DNA from: Girardia tigrina
Lineage: Eukaryota
Length of the DNA stretch: 49,446 nucleotides
Direction: 5' to 3'
Assembly (NCBI GenBank): GCA_001938485.1
Contig: MQRK01179368.1
Coordinates: forward strand, 5,408-54,853
In this document: positions 1-12,600 of the stretch, piece by piece
Layout: each line of letters opens with the position of its first letter
How positions within the stretch are numbered: the first letter of the stretch is position 1
Notes under the pieces: model-generated
What the model saw: the letters and a program-made list of their open reading frames with translations, nothing else
Told to the model about the DNA's origin: nothing
Databases searched by the model: none
Program-made: the position numbers and the translations under genes

Positions 1-29
1 TCATCAACGGTCATAGTCAAGGTGAGAAC
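1..29 (-). CDS. PIH1D1: PIH1D1 coding exon 9 (truncated by window edge)
   Basis: tttgcag|GTT after a 52-nt intron; VLTLTMTVD matches the last beta strand of the CS domain. Confidence 0.8.
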
Positions 30-3000
30 CTGCAAATACCGGCATATCAATTAATATAAAATACAAAGTGAGCTGCATCACCTTGTTTACGACATTGAAT
101 TCGGCTAATGTCTTCTCGGGAATTATAAAGTCGGGTAAATGGAAATCTAAATCATAAATCTTTGTTCGTGATTCTAAAACGACACGATTTTTCCCGATTT
201 TCAATTCCAAACCTCTGCTGGATCTCTATGGAAACAATAGACAAAGAAAGAATCAGTAAACACGACCGGAGAAAATGACATCATCTCACAAGTTTCGGTA
301 GCTTGATTTCAGCCACAAAATACTCAGGGAAACCATCGATTGGCACTTGAACTATTTCCATTTCTGGTCTTTGATTGTTAACACTGGCAAATTCATTATT
401 AAATAAACCTTTCTCGTCGAAACAAACAAACTTTTTAACATCAACTTGAGGTTGGTCTTTTATTTCTGATATAAGAGGACCTGACTTTGGATTACTGCTG
501 GATAAATCATTAATCAGGAGGGAAATTAACCAATTAATTCATTTACAAATGCTATTATTCAAGTCGTGGTATTATTTACTGAATTGATAATCGATAAGAC
601 AAATTATGAGATATCGTTTTGCTAAACTAACTGAATTATAAAACTGAAATATTTTAAAGACTTAATTAGTACGAATAATTGGATTTCGAACATTATTATC
701 GATACAGTGTAAACTCGAGATAATGACGCTTTCATCGGCCACGGAAAAATATCCTTAGTAATTATTTATCAATTTCTATCAATACAACATTTTAAATGCA
801 TTCATATTGTTCTTTTTATCTCGATATAAATAAATCATGAGAAATACTAGAAAGAGACACGTCATATATGACGGGTGAGCTGAATTGTCGACTTTGAAAG
901 ATTCTGTTTTAATTTTTAAATCGTAATTATTATAATTTATTATTTCGAATTCTGTGTTGATTTAACAGTCAGTCAATTAAATCGGCTCCCAGAGCCTTTT
1001 GCAAAGTCGCTGTACAGACAGAAGACGTCATGATACGGACAATGCAGAGTTATCTCAACTTTACACATATTCACTCACTGTTCCTCCACTATTTCATATT
1101 TTATCAGAATATATATGATCATAGTAAAATTTGAGCTTGATCGAAAAGCCGTGAATCAGATGATAACGAAATTTTGCAAATTTCTACGAAGTTGATTTTT
1201 AGCAATACAATTAGTAAATAAGTGATAGAAATCGTCATTTATCAAATAAATTAGTATTTTATTGATATTTTCATAATTTTTTTCACGAAATTCCTTGTAG
1301 GAATTTTTTATTGTTATCATCCTTCATTTCCAATATTTGTCGACTTTAATATGTCTTCATTGACTTTTCATGTGTCGGATATTGCTTCGTTTATTCATTA
1401 TGTGTCGGATGTTTTTCCGCATACTACTCCGGAAATTCATCACGCGTCTGAAACTCCTGCGAGTTTGAAGTCATCCAAATTGTGGCGCCTCATAACAAAC
1501 TCCACCGACACCGAATATGTGTAATTCGTGAATTCGGCAACAGTTTGCTGAAATAGTGTTGTTCGCGTTGCGATTGTATTTGACCCTTACTGGAGCCCAA
1601 TTTAAATTAAAATATTAAATAAATGAAATTAAGTAAAATTCTTATTCCGGAGAGACAATTTGTTGTTCTTCAACACTGGTCTGATCGTCCGTAATTTCGC
1701 AGCTCCTTTCTGAATTCTGGCTTTGATGTCCGTACCTGAGCTTCTTCCACTTTCAATTATCGATCCCAGGTAGCAGAAGTCGTCCACCCATTCTATTCCG
1801 GCATTCAGCTTGTCTCTTGCCGTAATATACTTTGCTCCATTGAGATTCAGGATCTTTGTTTTCCCAATGTTGATTTTGAGCCCCATATTCAAGAACACAG
1901 TGTTGAGACACGTGAGATTCTGTTCGATATTTCCATAGTCTTCGTCCAGTAAGCACAGGTCGTCTGCATAAGCAAGTCTGTTCACGGCCAGCTCTTCCTC
2001 ATTGTATTTTAGTTTCACACCACCTGATAGTACGAGTTTTGACACCCGTGACAATTAAATTTATATACCAGATTAGCTTGCAAATCACAAACTGTTTTCG
2101 ATTTGTTTGAGAGGAAACTTTGAACTTTGGATGTGACAGAGACTACTTTAGCATTATTTATAGTTCTACAAATACTCATCTTAAACGCTCTAAATCCTTC
2201 ACAATATGGAATTTTAATGATTTGTTTATATTCTTCAGTATTTTCTTCTTTTATTTGTTTTTTAACTCGTGCATCTGTACATAATTTGTCTAATGTTACC
2301 CTAAGGTTGTGCTCTATTTGCTTGTTTGTATACATATTGTCCCTCAAGCGCCTTCTAAGAATATTTAAACCCTGATTTGCAATTTCAAAACTGGACGACC
2401 AACTCCAAACTCTGTGAACAAACCCTTTGATCATACCCTCTCTGTATTTTTCCTCACAAAAACTCTGTGGTGTTGTGTAAAGACCTGGAAAATAAAGAGA
2501 TGGTATAATCATGAGCTTTATCGAGCTTATTAGTTATGTCGATGAGCTTGATCGACAAACCGTGAATCAGATGATAACGAAATTTTGCAAATTTGTGCGA
2601 GCAATTGGTTTCGAGCATGAACTTTATTAAAAACAATTTTAGAAACAAATTGAATGACGAAAGTTTGCAATGTTGCATTAAATTAAAAATATCTAATTAC
2701 AACCCGAAGCTAGACCAGCTTTCAAACGTAAAAATCACATTAAATGTTATATACAAAATGTTATTTCTCATAATAAAATTCGATTCTTTTCTTTTGAAAA
2801 AAATATGTTATTTACACTACAAACTTCTTCTAGGTTAAATTAATTTGTTTAATAATTACAAAACTAAGGCAAATAGTAAGATTTGGCTCCGACCAGCAAA
2901 AAGGTTGCCGACCGCTGGCCTAAACAGTGAGTACTACACCAATCTTGTATAACAGACTCGAAAACTTAGATGAAAAAGCAGTGTCTGATTTTTACTATCC

Positions 3001-6000
3001 ACATGACAATGCTCCAATTCACACCTGTGGCCAATCAATGGCAGGAATTCAGAGTTGTGGTCTTATAGTGCTCCCACACCCCCTACAGTCCTGACCTGCC
3101 CCTCTGATGTTTTCTTATTCAGCCATCGCAAGTGAGTCCTAAGAGGCTGCCATTTCTCTTCCAAAGAAGATTTGCAGCATGCAGTCAGTGAATTTATGGG
3201 CGAATAATCACCAATTTTCTTTGAACATGCCTTCATTGATTTGGCCAAGCGCTGGAGATTAATCGAGTAATATCAGTAATATTCGATATAATCAAGTCTC
3301 AACAAATTCAAGAACCCCGAAGTTAACGTACACATCATTTTATTCTTTCTGTGGTTTCCTTGAGACATTTCAATTGAATAGTTGAACATAGAAGCCAAGT
3401 GTTAACAAACAATTTATACTACATTAGGTTAATTTTTTCGTAATTATAAACATATTCTTATCGATTCTGTGTCTCTGATCGTGTTGTATCTATCTTCTTT
3501 TTCCCGTAGTAATCGATTAATAAATTATTGAAAGATAAAGTTGCGACGTATTACGATAAATGATATAAATCGATATAAATATTACCTTTGATCACAATCG
3601 ATTATCAAGGGTTTACTAGATGTTCGTAAATATTGTTCTTTTATTTGTCCATGTGCCTTTTTGTTTTGTAAAATTTTCCAGTCTGAAAATTGGAATTCAA
3701 AAAATGATTGGCATTTCTATTCATAATTTGAAACCCACCGCGTTTCAATGTCAATTTGTATTTATCTTCAATGCCTTCGAAACACAAACAATGAAAAAAT
3801 CCTTTAATAGTTGGATTGGTGTTCATTTTCGTTAGAAATTTAGGATTAATCACCACATCATAGCAGACACATTCATCACCGCCTGCAATAATCAACATTC
3901 GATTTAGACAGTTTTAAATGGCAATTGAATCTAAAATAAATCCTAATCCTTTATCGTTATTGTGGGGAGCGTTGTTGAGTTCATAAAATTGTTGAATTTA
4001 CAATCTTATCAAATTAATAATTCAACAGTTACATTCCGTAAAATATTGTTATAAGGTGTGTCCACTAAAAAAGTGCACAAGTTTTAAAACCATCATAACT
4101 TTTTAATGTAATATTATTTAATTTCGTAAATTTGGAATTTAAATATTTGTTTTAATAGGTTAGANNNNNNNNNNNNNNNNNNNNNNNNNNNNNNNNNNNN
4201 NNNNNNNNNNNNNNNNNNNNNNNNNNNNNNNNNNNNNNNNNNNNNNNNNNNNNNNNNNNNNNNNNNNNNNNNNNNNNNNNACGCACAGTAAAAGTGAGAC
4301 TGTGACAAAGTTTACTGGCATTCATTTTTCCAGAAGAGGTATATATGCAATAATACAACGCTATGAGAAGACCGGCAGCATTGAAAGAAAAGTAGGAAAC
4401 CTGTTAAAATGACGTCAGACAAAAGGAAGAGACTTCTGCAGCGTGCAACTTTGACTGTTGGACAGTGTGAGAAAGTTAGGTAGATAAATGAATGTTTCAA
4501 AGTCTTACGTGCATAAGATGCTCAAGACTAATAACATAGTGTTTCAAAAGAGGAAAGAAGCCCCAAAGGTTACTCCGACACAGATTATTCGCCAGAAAGC
4601 CAGGTTGCAAAATCTCGCTAAAATTGTTGTGGAAAAGACCAAAACCGACTTTGTACTTGATGATGAGTCGTATTTACACTCACCGGAGCAATGACATCGG
4701 GTTATTATGTGGACCAAAAGAAGTTCGATGATGTACCTAATAATATTCGCCTTAAATTTATAGAGAAATTCACAGTAAAAGTTTTGGTTTGGGCAACTGT
4801 TTCCAGACGAAGCATTTCAAACATGCCCATCAGGAAATGGAAATCTATAGCTTCTAATTCGGATATTTGTATCTCCGAGTGCTTAACGAAGCGTTTGCTT
4901 CCTTATCTGAATGAGAAATACCCAGCTGGTCACTTCATCTTCTGGCCAGATCTTGCTTCTTGTCACTACGCCGAAGCAAGTCTGAAGTGCTTAGTGGACA
5001 ACAAAATTCAAGTTGTCAAAAAAGATTCGAATCCACCTTGTGCTCCCAAAATACGCCCAATTGAAAAGTTTTGGCTCATTTAAAGGAGAAGGTGTATGAA
5101 AAGGGTTGGACTGCCGATTCTGAAGTCCAGTTGATTCGCAGAATCAAAACTAAAGCAAAGCAGTTTAACAATTTATATTTTATGACATTATTTGCAAATT
5201 TTAGACAAAGAATAATGCTTGCTAACTCTTATAGCCTTAATAGTTTGATAAAATAAAATAGTTATTGTGTTATTATGATCTAGTCTTTGTTCAGATTTCA
5301 GTCAATTTGAAGGTCTAATTAAAAAATTATGATGGTTAAACTTGTGCACTTTTTTAGTGGACACACTTTAGATATGTTAAAATAGATTTTCAGAAATTTA
5401 ATGTAAAAATTAATTTATGTAAGAAATAAAATAAATTTTACGGTAGGTTTATTAAAAGATTTATGCAAAGATTTATTATAAAGTAAAAATTTTAATTTCA
5501 AATTTGATGAAAATATTTAATTGAAATAAAATCAAAATTAATATAAAATTTAATATTTTATTTGCGAAATGAAAATAAACTAAACTATTTTTTGTAACTT
5601 TATTTTACACGATTAAATCGAAGTAAATTAAAAATGCAATTTTTTATTTATCTATTTACATTTGTAATCGATTTCAAATGAATTTATTAATAGAGTTATT
5701 AGTCTATTCAGAGACTAAAAAATGTAAAGATATTTTTGGACCATGGAACGAAACAATAAAAAGACAGAAGTACATTTACGGAATGATAGACCATTTCAGC
5801 AAATATTTAAGTTTGACGGCCATTAAAAGACAGGACGAAGAAACGATTATACAAACCATATTACAAAAGTGGATACTAAAATTTGGTGCATCAAAAGAGA
5901 TACATTGCGATTGTGGTAAAAGTTTTGAATCGAATAGAGTTAAAGAAATGTTGGAGGCAAGGGACATTAAACTGATCTTTTCAAGTCCTTACTACCATAA

Positions 6001-9000
6001 TACCAATGGCATAATTGAGAGGTAATCCCGAACTATTCGGGAGTTCATCCAAGCAAGCCTTAAAGAGAGAAACTCCATGAGTTGGACAGGTAGAATTTTT
6101 CCAGAGGTAGAATTTGCAATAAACGCTACAAAACAGAAAACGATAGGGTGAAGCCCAGCAGAAGTAGTATTTAGGAGAAAAATAGACAGACAGCAATGGT
6201 ACAGTGACAGTAAAACGGACCGAGAGAACTTAAGACAAAAGTTAAAAGTGAAGAACACGCCGGTGGAAACAGGAACGCGTGCAACTTATAAAGTGGGTAA
6301 TAAGGTTTGGATTATGAAAGAAATAAGAAAGAAAGGTGGCGACAGATTTGAAGGACATTACGAAATCGCTGAACAGATTCATGAGAGGAGTTATAGACTC
6401 AAAGATGAAAATGATAAACAAATAATAAAGAATGTGGAAAAATTCAAAAATTTTAAAAACGGGTTCATAAAATTTTTGAATTTCCAATCTAATCAAATTA
6501 ATAATTAAACAATTACATTCCGTAAAATATTGTTATAGATATGTTAAAATAAGATTTTCAGAAATTTAATGTAAAAATTAATTTATGTAAGAAATAAAAT
6601 AATTAAAAAGGTTATTAAAAGATTTATGCAAAGATTTATTATAAAGTAAAAAAGTTAATTTCAATTTTGATGAAAATATTTAATTGAAATAAAAAAAAGG
6701 AATATAAAGTTTAATATTTTATTTGCGAAATGAAAATAAACTAAATTATTTTTTGTAACTTTATTTTACACGATTAAATCGAAGTAAATTAAAAATGTAA
6801 TTATAATTTTTTTTTGGAAATTTTAATTGGAATAAAAATATAATTGTAAAACAATTAAATCGACTTAAATGAAAATGCGATTTTAATTTTATTTCGAAAA
6901 ACGTAATTATTAATAGAAATATAATTTTATTTTTATGTAAAAAAGGGTAATTTAAAAGTTGTTAAATTAAACGAAATTGCGATTTTAAATTCTATTTTCA
7001 AAATATTATTTTATTAAATCCAAAGTAATTTTTAAAACTATTATGAAAACGAAATGAAAAATGCTATCGTATAGAATTGGGAAATTTAATTGAGAAACAG
7101 GTAAATGTACAATAAAATTGAAATTTAATAAAAGACGCAACTAAATCTTTGTGACAAAATTTTAATAAATTCCCTTTATAATGTTTTATTAAAAAAAGTA
7201 TAGAATTTTAATTCGTAAAAAATACAATAACCATATTTATATTTATATCAATTCTTATTTATAATTGTTTGTGTAAAAAGAAAGTGCAAAAGTTCCTCAG
7301 AAATATTTGTTTAAAAAAACTCAAATTGTGGTAGAAATAAAGTTTTGTGTTCATGACGTCTTTTGATCAAGAACCCAATAGTTATAACCACTGTATCGAG
7401 TACAAATGACATGCTGAAGATAGTTCGTGAGTGATATCAATCATAAAACATTTTGATGACTATGGGCTGTTTGATTTAAATCAACAAAAAAATCGCGATT
7501 AAAATCCTTTGATTTTTTAACTCATTACTTCCCGATTTTTTTACAAAAATTTTATAGTATTTTCAAGTTTTGTCAGAACAATATGACCATGGGAAGTGAT
7601 GAGTAAAGATGAAAATAAATGAAAAATAATATTAAAAAAAGTTATTAATCTTTCTGTTAAGATTTTTTGTTTAAATGAGATCATAATTTTCATCTGCAAC
7701 TTCAAACGTAGTGAAAGCATTAGTGGACGAAAAAGTGATGCGGATTGGAATAATTTTAAGAAAGTTACTATTGATTGTAAATCTGGCTGCAGGGCGGTTT
7801 GCAATAAATACAACAATGAAATGCAATGCGTAGAGAAAGAATGAAAAAACATTTACTTGAATGTAACCAAAGTAAATATTTCTATGAATAACTTTAATTA
7901 AAGATGTAATTGATTGTTTTGTATTGTGTTACCAGATTCCTTTGCCATTGATGTTCATTTAAGTCCTAGTTCTAGTCTAGCATCCCCGCCGCTGTCAGTG
8001 CAATCCTCTGTACCTGGAATCAAGACACCAAAAAGACCGTCAGAGTCCATTATCTGCCCATCTTCTTATGAGAAAAAGATTATTTAAATTCATTGTCCGT
8101 ACGATACTTCCCAGTTAGACAAGAACAGTATTGATTATCAATTTGAACGTTATATCTATTCAAATAATTCGCAGCGTAGAACATCCACAATTCAAGAAGA
8201 TGGTATCTTCTTTACGACCTGGGTATGACCCTCCATCCCCTCGTGATATCGCTGACCGTATACTTGATTCTGTACACGAAACTCTTGTAGAAGAATTTTA
8301 GAAAATCTAGATTTTGTATGATGCTTGATGGCTGGAGCAATGTACAAAACGAGTCTATTGTATGTGTTTGTCTCGAATCCCCAAACAATTCAGTATTGTG
8401 TTCACACGATAAACACAAAGAAATTCTCACTCGACCTCTTATCTGGATGAACTTGCAAAGGATGCAATTTCCAACACTGAATTAAAATTTAAATGCACTG
8501 AACGTATAGTATTAAAAAAAAATTGATTAGAGAAATCATAACGTTAGTGTCAATTTTATTTGACTTTTTAGTTTCGCTCATTCGTGACTGTGATTCCTCA
8601 ATACACATGTTTATATTTCTGTATTTATGATTCTATGTTCAATTAATTTAGAAAATAAAATATTATAAACTGAATTATGTATTTTCTACTTGCCGAAAAA
8701 TTTGATATAAATCAAAGAAATCGTGATTTTTAACCACCCAACTTCAAGTTCGTATATTGAAAACGATAAACACGCAACTTTCAGCTCCCATAACAACGGG
8801 ACTAGTACTTAATTAAGGATCATAATATTGTCACTCTAACTGAATATGCACCTTACAGTTAGGGTATATCCTTTTAGAATAGCTAGACCTAATTGAAAAT
8901 TATTACATTTTTTAATTTCATTGATTTTTGTTATGCTGATTTGTAGAAATCTTTCCGGGGATGACTACAACAATATTCTGAGTCTATTCTGAGTCGGCAC

Positions 9001-9664
9001 ATACTAAAATACATTCATCAATATGCATATGGTTAGAGACTAATCCAATCTCTTAAAATATATTTTAATATTTGCGGACTAGAACGACATTTTACTCATT
9101 GAATTAGAATAAATGATCGTGTGGAAAATTCCCCTCTTAATCCTAATTTTTTTATTTTAGCGTATGCTAAGGAAGACAAGTGTATTCAACCAAATCATAT
9201 TATCATTTAATAATGAAGATTTTTATAAACCAGAAACCATGAATTTTATAAACCAGCCCAAAAGTATTTAACGATCTATAGAGTCAACCAAACATCTTTA
9301 CCATGGTCTTTTTCAGAGTGTGGCTCTCCGATACTCATCGGAATTCTGAAATCTGGATAATCATTTGCACTCTCCAACAATTTGATTAATTTATCATTGT
9401 CAATGTCTTTCACTTGCGGCATCTGTTCACAAGAATAATTGATAATAATAATAAATATTACATTAATGGTACCGTTTCGATATTAACCCCCCAGTCAAAA
9501 AAATTAAATATTTGTAAAGTTTGCATAAATCTATGCATTTTTCTTTCATAATCCTTTCAGTATTTTTAATAGTTCTCGAGAAAAAAATAGTGATGAGAAT
9601 GACAAAAAATCAAATTAATTTATTCTATTTCCTTTTTATTTTTAAGGAAATGTAATAAAATCTT

Positions 9665-9697
<33 letters not shown>

Positions 9698-12600
9698 CTA
9701 GAAAAAGACCCGTCATACATGACGGGTGAGCTGAATTTTCGACTTTGAAAGTTTCTGTTTTAATTTTTAAATCGTAATTATTATAATTTATTATTTATTG
9801 TTTCGAATTCTGTGTTGATTTAACAGTCAGTCAATTAAATCGGCTCCCGGAGCCTTTCGGCAATGGTGCTGTACAGACAGAATCATCTCGATTCGGACTA
9901 TGCAGAGTTATCTCAACTTTACGCGTATTCAATCATTGTTCCTCCACTATTTCGTATTTTATCAGAATATATATGATCATAGTAAAATTTGAGCTTGATC
10001 GACAAACCGTGAATCAGATGATAACAAAATTTTGCAAATTTAACCTAAATTGATTTTTAGCAATATAATTAGTAAATAAGTGATAGACATCGTCATTTAT
10101 CAAATAAATTAATATTTTATTAGTATTTTCATAAAATTTTACACGAAATTACTTGAAGGAATCATCCAAATCGTAATTATTCGAAATCAGTGTTAAGTTA
10201 ACCACTTTACGACTTGTACGGTTTTCAATCTATTTAATCGCCTCCCAAGCGTCTTTCGGCGAAGGCACTGTAACGATAAATTGTATTGATACAGGCTATC
10301 CAGATGGACCACAATCTTAAATGGATTCACTCATGTTCATCCGCAATTTCACATTGACGAGCGTGACCGACAAACAAACAAACACACTTTTTAAACAAAT
10401 ATATATTCAATTTTTATTTTGACAACTTTTATTTATTTATTACTTATTCCAAATTGTATTAAGTGAGTTTTCCCGTGGGGCGGTTATATAAAAGCTCAGA
10501 GTTTGTTGTTATAAAAAAAATTTCGTGCTTAATTTTTTAATCAATGCATAATAACTCCGTCTAATATGAAATTACAAGCCAAAAATAAGCAGCGTCTGCG
10601 GAACTGCAGTATACATAAATAGTATGATAGAACGATTGCAGACTTTTAAAATAACCTCTAACACATCCATACATAAAATATATTTATTTTAGAATAATTA
10701 TGATTTTAAAATTAAAACAGAAACTTTCAAAGAAGAAAATTCAGCTCTTCCGTCATATATGACGGGTCTTTTTCTAGTAATTAATAATAGTTATATTATA
10801 TGTGTTGTATTGTATTTCAACATTGAACCTTCTGAGAAACAATTTGTTTTAAAAATCTTAAATCTGCATAAATAATAATACTTATAATATTAATATTTGA
10901 TTTTATAAATTTTACCTTTGATAAATTCGTGATATTTAATCAATTTAAGAAAATCTCTATTGTCATTCTATAATAATTACCTGAAATCAAATTTTATAAT
11001 TTTAAATTACATGAATATTTACAATTATTTAATAGTTTCGTTAAATTTATTAATTTTAAAACTTCTTTTACAATCATCAAATAATTACATATTTTAAAAC
11101 TTTTTTACATTTTAATTGCTATATTTAATTTCACATTATTTCAAAAATTTTTAATAATATTTCTGAAATCCTGACAGAATATAAATTCCATATAAGAGAA
11201 AATTAAATTAAAAAATATTTATAGTTTAAATAACTGACAAAATTTTCGTTCCAGCCTAATATTAATAATTTATCGGAATAGTGCTCATTTTTAATTAAAA
11301 ACAATACAGAAGTGTAAGGAAAGGTGTATTTGGTTATTGGTTCCCATCGGTTTAAAAGTGTAAAATAATGGAAAAATTTTATTTACACCATTTAGGTTGT
11401 TTAAATGTCTCTTTCGTTTCGGTTTTATTAAAAATTTATTTTTGCTATTTCTTTTAATAATTAAAAAATACTTAATAAATAATTTTAATTCATTTTTAAA
11501 AAAATTCTTTTATTTTTAAACAAAATATCTATTTTTCTAAATCGAATAATTAAAAAATTAATAAATTTTAATAATACAAAAATGATTTTTTTCTAGGAAA
11601 AATATTTTAAAATATTCCAATATTAACTAATTAAAAAACAAAATAATTAAAAAATAATATTTAAAAACTAAAAAAAAGTCGAGAATAAAATTAAAATAAT
11701 TAATTGAAAAATTATTACAAATTAAATCAAAACTAAAATAAATAAAAAAACAATTTCAAAATTTAAATAAAGTAATTTTAAGAAATAAATTAAAATAATT
11801 TATTAAAAAATTTTTAAATTATTAAAAAAATAGCAGAAAATAAATGAAGATTCTATACTAATTACTCTTTAAATTACACTGTCCTGTCCCTAAAATTACA
11901 CTTATAAAACTTCTGTTCCTTACACAAATAATTTTAAATAATAAATAATTTAACATAATTTAATAATGTAAATAATAACAACAAACCTAAAAAAATTTTT
12001 ATTGATAAAAAACTTTTATTAATTCAAAAGTTTTTCCAAAATTTTAAATTCAAATAATTCATCGATTTGACAGACTACATTTTTCCTCCCAGTCTAACAG
12101 GATTAATATAAAAAAATCTATTGATACATAATCTTAAACATTTAAAATGTTTAATAACAAATATTATTTTTTATGTAGTAAAACTCTCTTACTTGTTTAA
12201 TTCTATTTAAATTTATATATATTGTAATAAAAATTAAATCATTTTAATTACAACTTATGTTGGAAAAAAATATATACAAATTTAATTCATTTATTTTCAT
12301 ATTATTTAAAAAGTAATTTTTTTATTTTTATATATTTGTGTCTACGATTATATTTGATAAACGAAGCAAAATGAAAATACGATCCAAAATTCAAAAATTC
12401 TAAGAAAAAAAGTAATATTACTTTTCATAAAATTTTGCAAAGGAGAATTATTAAAGATTAGCGCTGAATTTTAACAAGTGTAATTTTAGGGGCTGATTTT
12501 TTTTACAAGATCCAATAAAAATTTGTTTCCTTAGTATTAAATTATGTTTCTTATATTTTTGCATAGATTATTATATTGGATACAAAATTATTAAATTGAT

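Noticed and set aside
11290-12495. Scattered inverted motifs (CCCTAAAATTACACTT at about 11888 vs its complement at about 12477) in PIH1D1 intron 3
   Set aside because: Probably an old MITE, but termini and TSD could not be defined.
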